A DNA stretch of 32,000 nucleotides from Acaryochloris marina MBIC11017. GTDB lineage: Bacteria; Cyanobacteriota; Cyanobacteriia; Thermosynechococcales; Thermosynechococcaceae. The position numbers and the translations under genes were made by a program. Shown in pieces: positions 22,871 through 31,184 of this stretch (positions are counted from its first letter, which is position 1; the number at the start of each line of letters is the position of its first letter). The notes under the pieces were generated by a model. It ran no database searches. It saw only the letters and a program-made list of their open reading frames with translations, and was not told where the DNA came from. Location: NCBI RefSeq assembly GCF_000018105.1, contig NC_009925.1, positions 3,690,001-3,722,000 on the forward strand, written 5' to 3'.

Positions 22871-24394
22871 GTGAAAATATTCGTTTACCATACCCCCGAA
22901 GAGATTCCCAATAATCGTCTCCCTGGCTGTGCCGTAGTCATCGACGTATTGCGTGCCAGCAGCACCATCGCAGCGGCCATCAATGCAGGTGCATCAGCCG
23001 TCCAAGTTTTTAGTGATATTGAACCATTATTAGAAGCCAGCGAAACAGTAGAGGAAGACAAACGGATTCGGGCAGGTGAACGCGGCGGCCGGAAAGTCAA
23101 AGCCTGTGAATTTGGGAACTCCCCCTTAGCCTTTACCCCCGAGAACACCGAAGGCCGTCGATTATTTTTGAGTACAACCAATGGGACCCGCTGTTCCGAG
23201 AGCGTTCGGAACGCCTCCAAAGTGATCATGGCCTCCTTGACCAACCGTCAAGCCGTCGTGAACTATCTCGCTACCAAACGTCCTGGGACCGTTTGGCTCG
23301 TGGGTTCCGGTTGGGAAGGCAGCTATTCCCTAGAAGATACCGTCTGTGCCGGTGCAATTATTGATGGCATCTTAGCCGTAGGCAAGACCCCCCTCAGCAA
23401 ACTAGCAGGGAACGACGAAGCCATTGCTGCCGTTTCCTTATTTCGTCAGTGGCAAGACCAGTTACTCGAATTATTGACCAGCGCCAGTCATGGTCAGCGG
23501 TTATTAAAGATGCGAGGTAAAGCCGACGTCGCTTATTGCTCCCAGCTAGACGTATTGGATACCTTACCGATTCAAAAAGGATTAGGTATCTTTGTTCAAC
23601 GCAAGCCAGGCGTCATTGAGAAGACCTGTGAGTTCTTAGGCCGCCTAGTGGGTCGCAAGCCCGTCAACATTCCAGCCGTCGCTAATCCAGACGTAGAAGC
23701 GCCTGCACCGGAAGCAAAAGCAGAAGCGAAAAAGCCAACGACATCGAAGAAGGCAGCAGCCAAAGTAGACGAGAAAGCCGAGACGCCAAAAGCAGAGGCT
23801 AAACCCAAAGGCAAAGATACGCCAGCTCCCAAAGTCGAGGCGAAGCCGAAAGCCAAAGGACCTGCCGCGAAGTCTCTAACCGCTGGAGCTCCCAAAGGAG
23901 CTGCACCCCCTAAGGCGAAGACAGAGGTGAAGCCCAAGGTAGAAGCTAAGCCTCAAGCGAAAGCAGAGAGCAAACCTTCTTCTCAGGCAGCTGAGTTCAA
24001 AGTGAAGCCAGAGTCAGGGTCTAAAGGAACGTCCACCCCCACTCCTAAAGCTGCGTCCACAGCGCCATCGACGCCATCGAAGGTAGAGGTGAAGGATGCA
24101 GGGGAGAAATCGACTTCTGCTGTGAAGGTGGAGTCGAAGGGAAGTGAAGATCAGTCGAAGAAGCCGGTATCTGCGTCTAAATCCGATGCACCGACAGCGT
24201 CTGAGCCCAAGGTAGAGAAGTCGAAGACAGACACTCCTAAAGCGAAATCGTCAGCACCCAAGACGCCCAAGGTTGACTCCAAGGAAGTCGCGGAGAAGGG
24301 AGAAGCGATGCTCAATGATGTCAAGGGGTTATGGGCCAAAATGACGAAGCCGAAGCCTGGCTATGAGCGCGTCCCAGGGAAAAAAGAAAAGTAA
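22871..24394 (+). CDS. ComB-family (2-phosphosulfolactate phosphatase-like) protein fused to a long Lys/Ala/Pro/Glu/Ser-rich C-terminal tail
   Basis: Residues 1-~240 carry the ComB-family layout (AVVIDVLRASSTI..., FGNSP, LSTTNGT, GSGWEGSYSLEDTVCAG). From ~aa 262 (nt ~23654) to the end the sequence is low complexity with reiterated PKVEAKPK-like units. GTG start. Confidence 0.7.
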   Translation: MKIFVYHTPEEIPNNRLPGCAVVIDVLRASSTIAAAINAGASAVQVFSDIEPLLEASETVEEDKRIRAGERGGRKVKACEFGNSPLAFTPENTEGRRLFLSTTNGTRCSESVRNASKVIMASLTNRQAVVNYLATKRPGTVWLVGSGWEGSYSLEDTVCAGAIIDGILAVGKTPLSKLAGNDEAIAAVSLFRQWQDQLLELLTSASHGQRLLKMRGKADVAYCSQLDVLDTLPIQKGLGIFVQRKPGVIEKTCEFLGRLVGRKPVNIPAVANPDVEAPAPEAKAEAKKPTTSKKAAAKVDEKAETPKAEAKPKGKDTPAPKVEAKPKAKGPAAKSLTAGAPKGAAPPKAKTEVKPKVEAKPQAKAESKPSSQAAEFKVKPESGSKGTSTPTPKAASTAPSTPSKVEVKDAGEKSTSAVKVESKGSEDQSKKPVSASKSDAPTASEPKVEKSKTDTPKAKSSAPKTPKVDSKEVAEKGEAMLNDVKGLWAKMTKPKPGYERVPGKKEK

Positions 24395-24415
24395 ATTACC
24401 AGCTGATATTGTGGT

Positions 24416-25423
24416 TTACTGGGTCAATCCTGGTATTGCTAAGACTTTGTCTAATGCCTGATGGATAATGTCTGGGCCTGCATCTGGGCGGCACCCTTGC
24501 TCAGTTAATAGCCGCTTCCAAGCCCGGCTACCAGGTTGACCTGAAAATAATTGCAGCATATGGCGGGTAATGGAGTGGGGTTTTAATAGCCCTTTTATTT
24601 TCCATTCCTCTAAATAGTCCATCATGGCTTGTGCAACTTTGTGTCTAGAAGGGGCAGAACGATCTTCGTGATAAAAGTCGCGATCGACTGTCGCAAATAG
24701 GTAAGGATTATCATAGGCAGCCCGACCAATCATGACTGCGTCTACTTTTGGTAATTGATTGTGCACCTGGAATAACTGGATGAATCCACCGTTAATTTCA
24801 ATCCAGAGATGAGAAAAGTTTTGTTTTAATCGATAAACATCTTCGTAACGTAAAGGCGGGATGTCACGGTTTTCCTTAGGACTTAAGCCTTTTAGCCAAG
24901 CTTTGCGGGCATGAACACTAAAGATTTGACAGCCTGACGCAGCAACGGTCTGGACAAAGTGGGCCATATCTTCATAGCGATCGCAATCATCAATACCAAT
25001 GCGATGCTTGACGGAGACAGGTAGGTGAGTTGCCTGCATCATGGCTTCCACGCAGGCTGCTACCCGATCTGGCTGAGCCATTAAACAAGCCCCAAAATGA
25101 CCGTTTTGAACTCGACTACTGGGACAGCCCACATTTAAATTAATTTCGTCATATCCCCAGTCTGTGGCAATACGAGCACATTCAGCTAAATCTTGGGGAT
25201 TATCGCCGCCTACTTGCAAGACCAAGGGTTTTTCAATGGGAGAAAAATCGAGTAAATGGTGGCGGTCGCCATTTAAAATCGCAGCACTCGTTACCATCTC
25301 TGTATAGAGCAAAGTCCGTTGGGTGATTTGCCGCATAAAGTAACGGAAATGCCGATCCGTCCGATCCATCATGGGAGCGACACTGACGGGATAATGACGT
25401 TTAGAAGGGGATGAGAAAGCCAT
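24416..25423 (-). CDS. dusA: tRNA dihydrouridine(20/20a) synthase DusA
   Basis: VSVAPMMDRTDRHFRYFMRQIT..., INLNVGCPSSRVQNGHFGACLM and VSVKHRIGID are typical DusA motifs. 335 aa. Confidence 0.85.
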   Translation of the reverse strand: MAFSSPSKRHYPVSVAPMMDRTDRHFRYFMRQITQRTLLYTEMVTSAAILNGDRHHLLDFSPIEKPLVLQVGGDNPQDLAECARIATDWGYDEINLNVGCPSSRVQNGHFGACLMAQPDRVAACVEAMMQATHLPVSVKHRIGIDDCDRYEDMAHFVQTVAASGCQIFSVHARKAWLKGLSPKENRDIPPLRYEDVYRLKQNFSHLWIEINGGFIQLFQVHNQLPKVDAVMIGRAAYDNPYLFATVDRDFYHEDRSAPSRHKVAQAMMDYLEEWKIKGLLKPHSITRHMLQLFSGQPGSRAWKRLLTEQGCRPDAGPDIIHQALDKVLAIPGLTQ

Positions 25424-25433
25424 ATTAATCAGT

Positions 25434-26999
25434 TTAGGGAGCTTTGCCTCCAGCTACATCCTCCAATATTTGCACAGTGCCATCTGGGTTGAGGATGAGC
25501 TGAAGTTGGAGTGATTGGGATGGTTTTAGGGGGGCAATAAACGGCTGATTCACTGCAGGCAACGGAACTTTGTCAAAATATTGAATAGCAAGGTTGTTTA
25601 AAGGGGTTACCTGTTTAAGAGAGCCATTGGCCTTCAAGGTGAGCTGATAGGGCAAAGGCTGAGTTAAGCCTGGGGGAACTTGCCAACGCTGTTTGAAATA
25701 TTGGCGAATATTTTGGGCAGGAACGGATGTAGAGGGAATGAATGCAGCTTCGGTATTTCCCGGTGCTTGTCGACCGAATGAATTGAGAGTGCGATCTTCT
25801 GGTGTTCGACGGTTGCGACTTAGGTTGTCTGTTTCAAGTAAGTCTGATTCTGCATTGATGGTGTCAGCGGTGCTGGCTGGTGCGGGTTCAGCTGCAGGGG
25901 CTGGTGATGTCACTGCAGGGGGGCGTGAAGTTTTAGCGTGAGGTGCAGAGGGGGGCAAGGTCTTGGCCTGAGGCACAGATTTTGAAGTTTGAGCGGGGGC
26001 GCTCGCGACTGGCGCTGGTGCTTTCTGCTCGCTTAGGATTTCTTCCTGGGGTGATGGAGACTGTTGAGGTACCTGTTGGTTCTGGACAGAGGTAGGGGGG
26101 GGCTTTTGTGCCTTTGGTGTGGCGGGGAGAGCTGGGGACAAAGTCTCTGATCGAGGTGCCCTGGCGATCACGGACGGCGCAGGTTGTGGTCGTTGAGCTG
26201 AACTGTCAAGGTTGCTTGGAGCTACACCTGTAGAAGGAGATGTCTCCGGGACAGGAGAGCTAGACGGTTGCGAGGCAACAGGAGGTGGGAGTTGAGGCTT
26301 TCTCGTTGTGCTGTCCTTGGGTAGGGCAGCAATCCCTTCCGCTTCATCTGCAGACAGGGTGGGGGCGTTGGTGCTAGGTTTGTCGGATGAAGTCACCCAA
26401 TCCCGTTTGGATTCGGGCTGCTGTTGGGTCAGTTGTAACGTCGCCGTAGAGACCCCCAACATTAAAATGAGAACGGCAGCACTGCTTGCCCATACCGGTA
26501 TTGATGGCCGTTGGCTGGGTGTTGAAACGGGGAGGACTTCTAATTCAGCGGTACAGTCATCTAAGGCCGAGACTAAATCAAACAGTTGTGAGGCTTTCAG
26601 AGAAATCGTCTGATGTTGAGCGTTGGTTGCGAGCGGCCCTAGAACTAGATCGTGGGTGACCAAACTACGAGGATGCAAATAGAGTTGTGAGGTAATGTTG
26701 GGTTGAGGTTCAGTCTGTTGTGCTGATTCTGAAATTGGATGGGCAGGAGATGTGACTAAGGATTGCCCTAATCTATTTTGGACATAATGAGTGACGGTTT
26801 CTGAGAGGAGCTTAAGCTGTTCGTGATTGCCTCTCACTTCTAAGGGTTCATGATTTTGGCCAGATAGCCCTCGAAAACTTAGCAAGAAATTGACGGATTT
26901 CAGAATCGGCCGTTTGGCCCACCGGGATAAGGGTGAGGTTTGTGCAGTAATTTCTAAACTGCAACTTTGCGGGTGATATTGCCGAGAAATAGAAGGCAT
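25434..26999 (-). CDS. DUF4335-family protein: cytoplasmic N-domain, one TM, ~220-aa Pro/Ser/Ala-rich spacer, small C-terminal domain
   Basis: The N-terminus RQYHPQSCSLEITAQTSPLSRWAKRPILKSVNFLLSF resembles the cyanobacteria-specific DUF4335 family (recalled from memory). TM segment IPVWASSAAVLILMLGVSTATLQL (about 26430-26501). The track start is TTG (27002); ATG at 26997-26999. Confidence 0.55.
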   Translation of the reverse strand: MPSISRQYHPQSCSLEITAQTSPLSRWAKRPILKSVNFLLSFRGLSGQNHEPLEVRGNHEQLKLLSETVTHYVQNRLGQSLVTSPAHPISESAQQTEPQPNITSQLYLHPRSLVTHDLVLGPLATNAQHQTISLKASQLFDLVSALDDCTAELEVLPVSTPSQRPSIPVWASSAAVLILMLGVSTATLQLTQQQPESKRDWVTSSDKPSTNAPTLSADEAEGIAALPKDSTTRKPQLPPPVASQPSSSPVPETSPSTGVAPSNLDSSAQRPQPAPSVIARAPRSETLSPALPATPKAQKPPPTSVQNQQVPQQSPSPQEEILSEQKAPAPVASAPAQTSKSVPQAKTLPPSAPHAKTSRPPAVTSPAPAAEPAPASTADTINAESDLLETDNLSRNRRTPEDRTLNSFGRQAPGNTEAAFIPSTSVPAQNIRQYFKQRWQVPPGLTQPLPYQLTLKANGSLKQVTPLNNLAIQYFDKVPLPAVNQPFIAPLKPSQSLQLQLILNPDGTVQILEDVAGGKAP

Positions 27000-27058
27000 C
27001 AATGTGTTTAAAGACGGGTGACCAATCTGGGTGTATTGCTAGAAAGCAACTGAAGAGT

Positions 27059-27664
27059 TTATCGTTCTATATGATTTGCCCGATCAAGCAGGGCCATCCA
27101 CAATCGCCGTGGCCCCTGGTTGTTGCTATAGAATAACAAATCTATGAGTAACTTTAAGGCTAGATCGGTCAGGGCATCAACGGATAAGGTATCTTCCGTC
27201 ATCCGGTCTTGGTAAGTGTTGGTGAAGTTATCTAAGTAATCTCCCAACAAAGCGACCTGATGAAACGGTTGCTCAGTTTCTGCCACGGACTCTAATAATT
27301 CCACAGCTTCTCGGATGAGGCTTTGATGTTGGTGGGCGAGGTGGCAGCTGATCATCACAAGAGACCGGGCCTCTTCTATATCCAGTTTTTTGCGTCCGCC
27401 AGTACCTCGGCGGAGAGGATTGGACTGCCTCAGACGCCATAGGGACACTCGATCGCTGACGACATCTTGCAGGTTGAGATCGGCTGCAGCTTGGAGAACA
27501 GCTTCAGAGCCAATACCTACCAGGGCTTCTAGGGCTAGCAGTACTAGATCTAACTGGGCTTTAATATTGTCAAGTTGAGACCGATCGGGCTGAGCCGTTT
27601 CTGTGAGAGGGAAGGCGACAAGCTTGCCTTGATCCGATGCTGGATTGTGAAGGGAAATGTCCAT
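27059..27664 (-). CDS. DUF3038-family protein (cyanobacterial, function unknown)
   Basis: ~200 aa helical protein. LDLVLLALEAL...VSLWRLRQSNPLRRG...EEARSLVMISCHLAHQH resembles DUF3038 as I recall it. The track start at 27673 is GTG; ATG at 27662-27664. Confidence 0.5.
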   Translation of the reverse strand: MDISLHNPASDQGKLVAFPLTETAQPDRSQLDNIKAQLDLVLLALEALVGIGSEAVLQAAADLNLQDVVSDRVSLWRLRQSNPLRRGTGGRKKLDIEEARSLVMISCHLAHQHQSLIREAVELLESVAETEQPFHQVALLGDYLDNFTNTYQDRMTEDTLSVDALTDLALKLLIDLLFYSNNQGPRRLWMALLDRANHIER

Positions 27665-27688
27665 GTCTAACACAGAGCCTAAACCAGC

Positions 27689-28630
27689 TTAGGTCGGAGA
27701 GATAAGTCCTGTCTCTTGAAGGAACTGTTGGGCTACGGTTCGAGGTTCTTGGCGGTTGCCGCTAACCTCATAGTTGAGACGACGCATGGTTTCATCCGTT
27801 AACTTGGGGGCGAGGGCATTGAGGGTACCTTTGACTTTAGCATAGGCCTCTAAGACGGGCTGCCGGACGACGGGTGCCACTTGGTAAGGCGGAAACAAGC
27901 CTTGATCATCTTTTAAAACCACCAAATTTAGGGCATCAATTTCTCCATCGGTACCAAAGCCAACGGCAATGTCTGCCTGATCAGACTGCAAAGCCTGGTA
28001 ACGGAGGCCTGGATCCGTGGCGATATAGTCTTTGAGTTTGAAAGCGCCGTAGGCAGCTTGAAGGCCGGGTAAGCCATCTTCCCGAGCTGCGAATTCGGGC
28101 GGGCCAATCATTCGCAGTTTTGTCGCTTGCTTGGCAAAGTCAGAAATGGTTTTTAGTTGATACTTTTTAGCGGTTGCGGGGGTTACGACTAATGCCTGAG
28201 TGTTATTCATGGGGGCTGGATTGAGCCACACTAAGTTGAAGTCTTTCTCGTAGGCTTTCGCAACCGTATCAAACACCTGTTGGGGGTTAGTATTACTGGG
28301 TTCTTTTAAGATGGTCAATAAGGCTGTGCCCGTGTATTCCGGATAGAGGTCGATATCGCCCTTGACGAGTCCGGCTTGGGCAATGGGGGCACCCCCAAGG
28401 TTGAATTTCCGTTCGACTGCTAAATCTTGGTCTTCCAGGAGTTGGGCATAGAGCTCACCTAAAATAAATTGCTCTGTAAAGTCTTTAGATCCCACTCGAA
28501 TGACATTATCGGTGGCTTCGTCGCCACTGCCGACCTGGCAGGCCACGATAGTGAAGCAAGTGAGGACTGCGATCGCAACTAAAGATACGAACCGCTCCCA
28601 AGGTGTCTGAGATAATTTAACCAATTGCAA
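27689..28630 (-). CDS. glycine betaine/osmoprotectant ABC-transporter substrate-binding lipoprotein (OpuAC/OsmF-like)
   Basis: IRVGSKDFTEQFILGELYAQLLED...GDIDLYPEYTGTALL signature. Signal peptide with lipobox IVAC. TTG start (no in-frame ATG near the N-terminus). Confidence 0.75.
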   Translation of the reverse strand: MQLVKLSQTPWERFVSLVAIAVLTCFTIVACQVGSGDEATDNVIRVGSKDFTEQFILGELYAQLLEDQDLAVERKFNLGGAPIAQAGLVKGDIDLYPEYTGTALLTILKEPSNTNPQQVFDTVAKAYEKDFNLVWLNPAPMNNTQALVVTPATAKKYQLKTISDFAKQATKLRMIGPPEFAAREDGLPGLQAAYGAFKLKDYIATDPGLRYQALQSDQADIAVGFGTDGEIDALNLVVLKDDQGLFPPYQVAPVVRQPVLEAYAKVKGTLNALAPKLTDETMRRLNYEVSGNRQEPRTVAQQFLQETGLISPT

Positions 28631-28732
28631 GATTACCCTTTACCTTCAACCAACATGTGTTGCTATTATTCCACCTTCCGAGACTGAGGCAAGAGCCAGA
28701 CTGGGAGAGATTGATCGTCAGGTCAGAGGGAA

Positions 28733-29182
28733 CTAGTTACCTTTGCGGCGGATCAGTTCTTCATCTAATTGATTTTTGAGGGATTTATTCTTGCGAACTT
28801 CTTCGGTGATGGCATTGAAGTCGGTTAAAGATAAACCATTGTTACGGATAATTTCTGCAGACTCGTTGAAAAAGCGATCGCAAATATTGTTGACGGGTGC
28901 AACTAAATCAGATTTCTTGCAAATGTTTTTGGGCAAAGCTCCGCCCATGATTTGTTGTACTTGTTGGTAGGATTGCAACCTCAAGGGCTCCATTTGGAGA
29001 ATTGCCTCTGCATAATTTCCTAATAGCTTCTCGTATTTAGGCTGACCCTGGGCGGCTGCACTGGATGACCAGGTTAGAGTCGATAAATGATCTGAAAGAC
29101 CGGGTGCCAAACCACTCAACCAGCTGCACGATGCTAAAAGCAACACCCACCCCAAACGGGTGTTGATAAGAGGTTTGAACAT
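28733..29182 (-). CDS. DUF4168-family secreted protein
   Basis: Signal peptide MFKPLINTRLGWVLLLASCSWLSG. The core is YAEAILQMEPLRLQSYQQVQQI...NICDRFFNESAEIIRNNGLSLTDFNAITEEV, as in DUF4168. I prefer the ATG at 29180-29182 over the track start at 29323. Confidence 0.55.
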   Translation of the reverse strand: MFKPLINTRLGWVLLLASCSWLSGLAPGLSDHLSTLTWSSSAAAQGQPKYEKLLGNYAEAILQMEPLRLQSYQQVQQIMGGALPKNICKKSDLVAPVNNICDRFFNESAEIIRNNGLSLTDFNAITEEVRKNKSLKNQLDEELIRRKGN

Positions 29183-29352
29183 GTATGTTTGCCGTGTAAA
29201 TGTTGACATAAACCCTAATAATCCCAACAAACTAGGAGTAGTGTCGGTATAACTATCTTGAATCATTTTTTCTGGGGAAGTTCCAACATTGGTGGAATTA
29301 CAGATCGATTGAAGCAAACTCAAGGGATTCGATTCCTCTCTCCCTGATAGTC

Positions 29353-30372
29353 TTAAGACAAGATTGGATTAGCTTGGCAAATGTGACTCATCTCAACCAC
29401 AGTAGTGATTAAAGTTGAGCGGGGGGCTTCGCCTTGCTTCAGGGCAACTTCCAAATCTAAGAGACAAGATAGGGATTGACGAAGTTGCTGACATGTCACG
29501 GTTTGGACGGCTTGTTTGAGAAAATAGATGCGTTTGGGATTACCCACTTCTGCGGCGCGAGCAATGACCCGTTCGTCCTGTTCGCCTGAGACCACCATCA
29601 GTTTGACCCATAGCCAAGTCCGAAATTGCCGTATCAGGGTCGCGACAATTTTTAAGCCAGGTTCATTCAAGTTCAGTAACTCAGCGACTAATCCCAAGGC
29701 TTGATCGGTTTGCCCTTGGCGAATAGTTTCAGCTAACTGCAAACTGTTTTGAGTCGTGGAGGAGACTAAATGCTGAACGATCTCTAGACCGATCCGTTTG
29801 GTGTTGTTTTGGGCATCTGAAGATAAGGAATATAGCTTTAATTTCTCTAGCTCTCCATAGAGACGACGGGTATCGTTACCCACTGCATCGGCAAGTTGTT
29901 CTCCAGCCGCTTGGGTTAACGGAACCTCCAAATCATGGGCTGCCCGTTTGACCATTTGCAAAATCTGAGCGGTCTTCCAAGGAGGAATGAGGGCAAACTC
30001 AGTCACTTGAGCCTGTTTTTGTAATAATTTTGTCAGCTTGCTACGACCATCCGGTTTGGTAGTTTGAGTTAATAACAAGTGGGATGTGGGGGGTAAATCG
30101 GGGAGGGTGCGTTCAAATTCGGGTAGCAGATCGGCTGTGGCTCCTACTAAGGGATTCGTTAACCAGACCAAACGATGCCCTAATCCAAACGGTGGCGTCA
30201 TCACTTGATTCAGACCTTGAATCACCGATGCGGTGCCATCGGATCCAGAAGCGACATCTATTTTATCCAGGTTGAAGCTTAGCCACTCTGGATCTAAGAC
30301 CTCTTGATGAAGGGCCTGAACTGCTTTCGATAAGCGATAAGTATCTTCTCCCCAGAAGAGATAAACGGGCAT
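29353..30372 (-). CDS. holA: DNA polymerase III delta subunit
   Basis: MPVYLFWGEDTYRL N-terminus, 339 aa, HolA-like three-domain length and helical C-terminal domain. Confidence 0.8.
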   Translation of the reverse strand: MPVYLFWGEDTYRLSKAVQALHQEVLDPEWLSFNLDKIDVASGSDGTASVIQGLNQVMTPPFGLGHRLVWLTNPLVGATADLLPEFERTLPDLPPTSHLLLTQTTKPDGRSKLTKLLQKQAQVTEFALIPPWKTAQILQMVKRAAHDLEVPLTQAAGEQLADAVGNDTRRLYGELEKLKLYSLSSDAQNNTKRIGLEIVQHLVSSTTQNSLQLAETIRQGQTDQALGLVAELLNLNEPGLKIVATLIRQFRTWLWVKLMVVSGEQDERVIARAAEVGNPKRIYFLKQAVQTVTCQQLRQSLSCLLDLEVALKQGEAPRSTLITTVVEMSHICQANPILS

Positions 30373-30563
30373 AGCAAGCTGGTGTGACTACTCACATTAT
30401 GAATAGTGTTAGGGCAACAAAGCGATCTTGTGGTTTGGTTAGGATGCCCTTTTTTGGAGAGTCGACAGCTATCTGAAAGCTGGAGTCTCCCTCACAATTT
30501 TTGTAGATGGACGGGTGGAGAATAGCAGTAGAGTAAGGTATTGGTCCTTGATGTCGTTGTGAC

Positions 30564-31184
30564 ATGACGCTTATTCTTCATCCGATTTTGCAGCAGAGCT
30601 TTGCGACCATCGATCGGGAAATTGGCTCGCATCATTTTTCTGTTCAGCAATATGCTGTCTTGCGCCGTGTCATCCATAGTACGGCTGATTTTGAGTTTCG
30701 AGAGCTGTTGCGCTTTAGCCCCGATGTGGTGGCTGTGGCTACCGCAGCCTTAGCCGCAGGTACCCCCATTGTGACCGATGTGAAGATGGTTTCTATGGGG
30801 ATTCAAACGGTCGTCCAACAAACCTTTCAAAATCCGATTGTCACGGCTGTCGATGCCTGTCAATCTCCTCCCTCGGGGCAAACTCGGACTGAAACAGGCA
30901 TGCTTCAATGTCTGCAAGTTCACCCCCAGGCTATTTATGTGATTGGTAATGCGCCAACGGCCTTATCCGCCCTCTGTCGACAGATCGCTCATGTACCTAA
31001 GCCGCCATCTCTGATTATTGGTGTACCCGTTGGCTTTATTGGTGTCCTTGAAGCCAAATCTGCTTTGGCTCAGTCTGGAATACCCCATATTCGAACGGAG
31101 GGGCGCAAAGGGGGATCGCCTGTGGCGGCGGCAATTACGAATGCACTATTGACGCTGGCTTGGCAACAAAGGAATACACACTGA
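30564..31184 (+). CDS. cobH: precorrin-8X methylmutase
   Basis: 206 aa. Motifs VIHSTADFEF, YVIGNAPTAL and GVPVGFIGVLEAK are typical of CobH/CbiC. Confidence 0.85.
   Translation: MTLILHPILQQSFATIDREIGSHHFSVQQYAVLRRVIHSTADFEFRELLRFSPDVVAVATAALAAGTPIVTDVKMVSMGIQTVVQQTFQNPIVTAVDACQSPPSGQTRTETGMLQCLQVHPQAIYVIGNAPTALSALCRQIAHVPKPPSLIIGVPVGFIGVLEAKSALAQSGIPHIRTEGRKGGSPVAAAITNALLTLAWQQRNTH

Noticed and set aside
23596-26613. Antisense ORFs in the ComB tail (23596-23937-, 24151-24339-) and in the DUF4335 spacer (25693-25941+, 26308-26613+)
   Set aside because: Low-complexity K/A/P and P/S/A coding DNA stays open on the opposite strand by composition alone. The products are Gly/Ala/Ser-rich mirror artefacts.
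30373-30677. Cobalamin riboswitch or attenuator upstream of cobH (GGGCA...TGCCC followed by TTTTTT at ~30410-30458), and the 61-aa ORF 30492-30677-
   Set aside because: The stem is only 5 bp with a ~30-nt loop. I recognise no B12-box or conserved riboswitch core. The small ORF overlaps the cobH start and has no supporting features.
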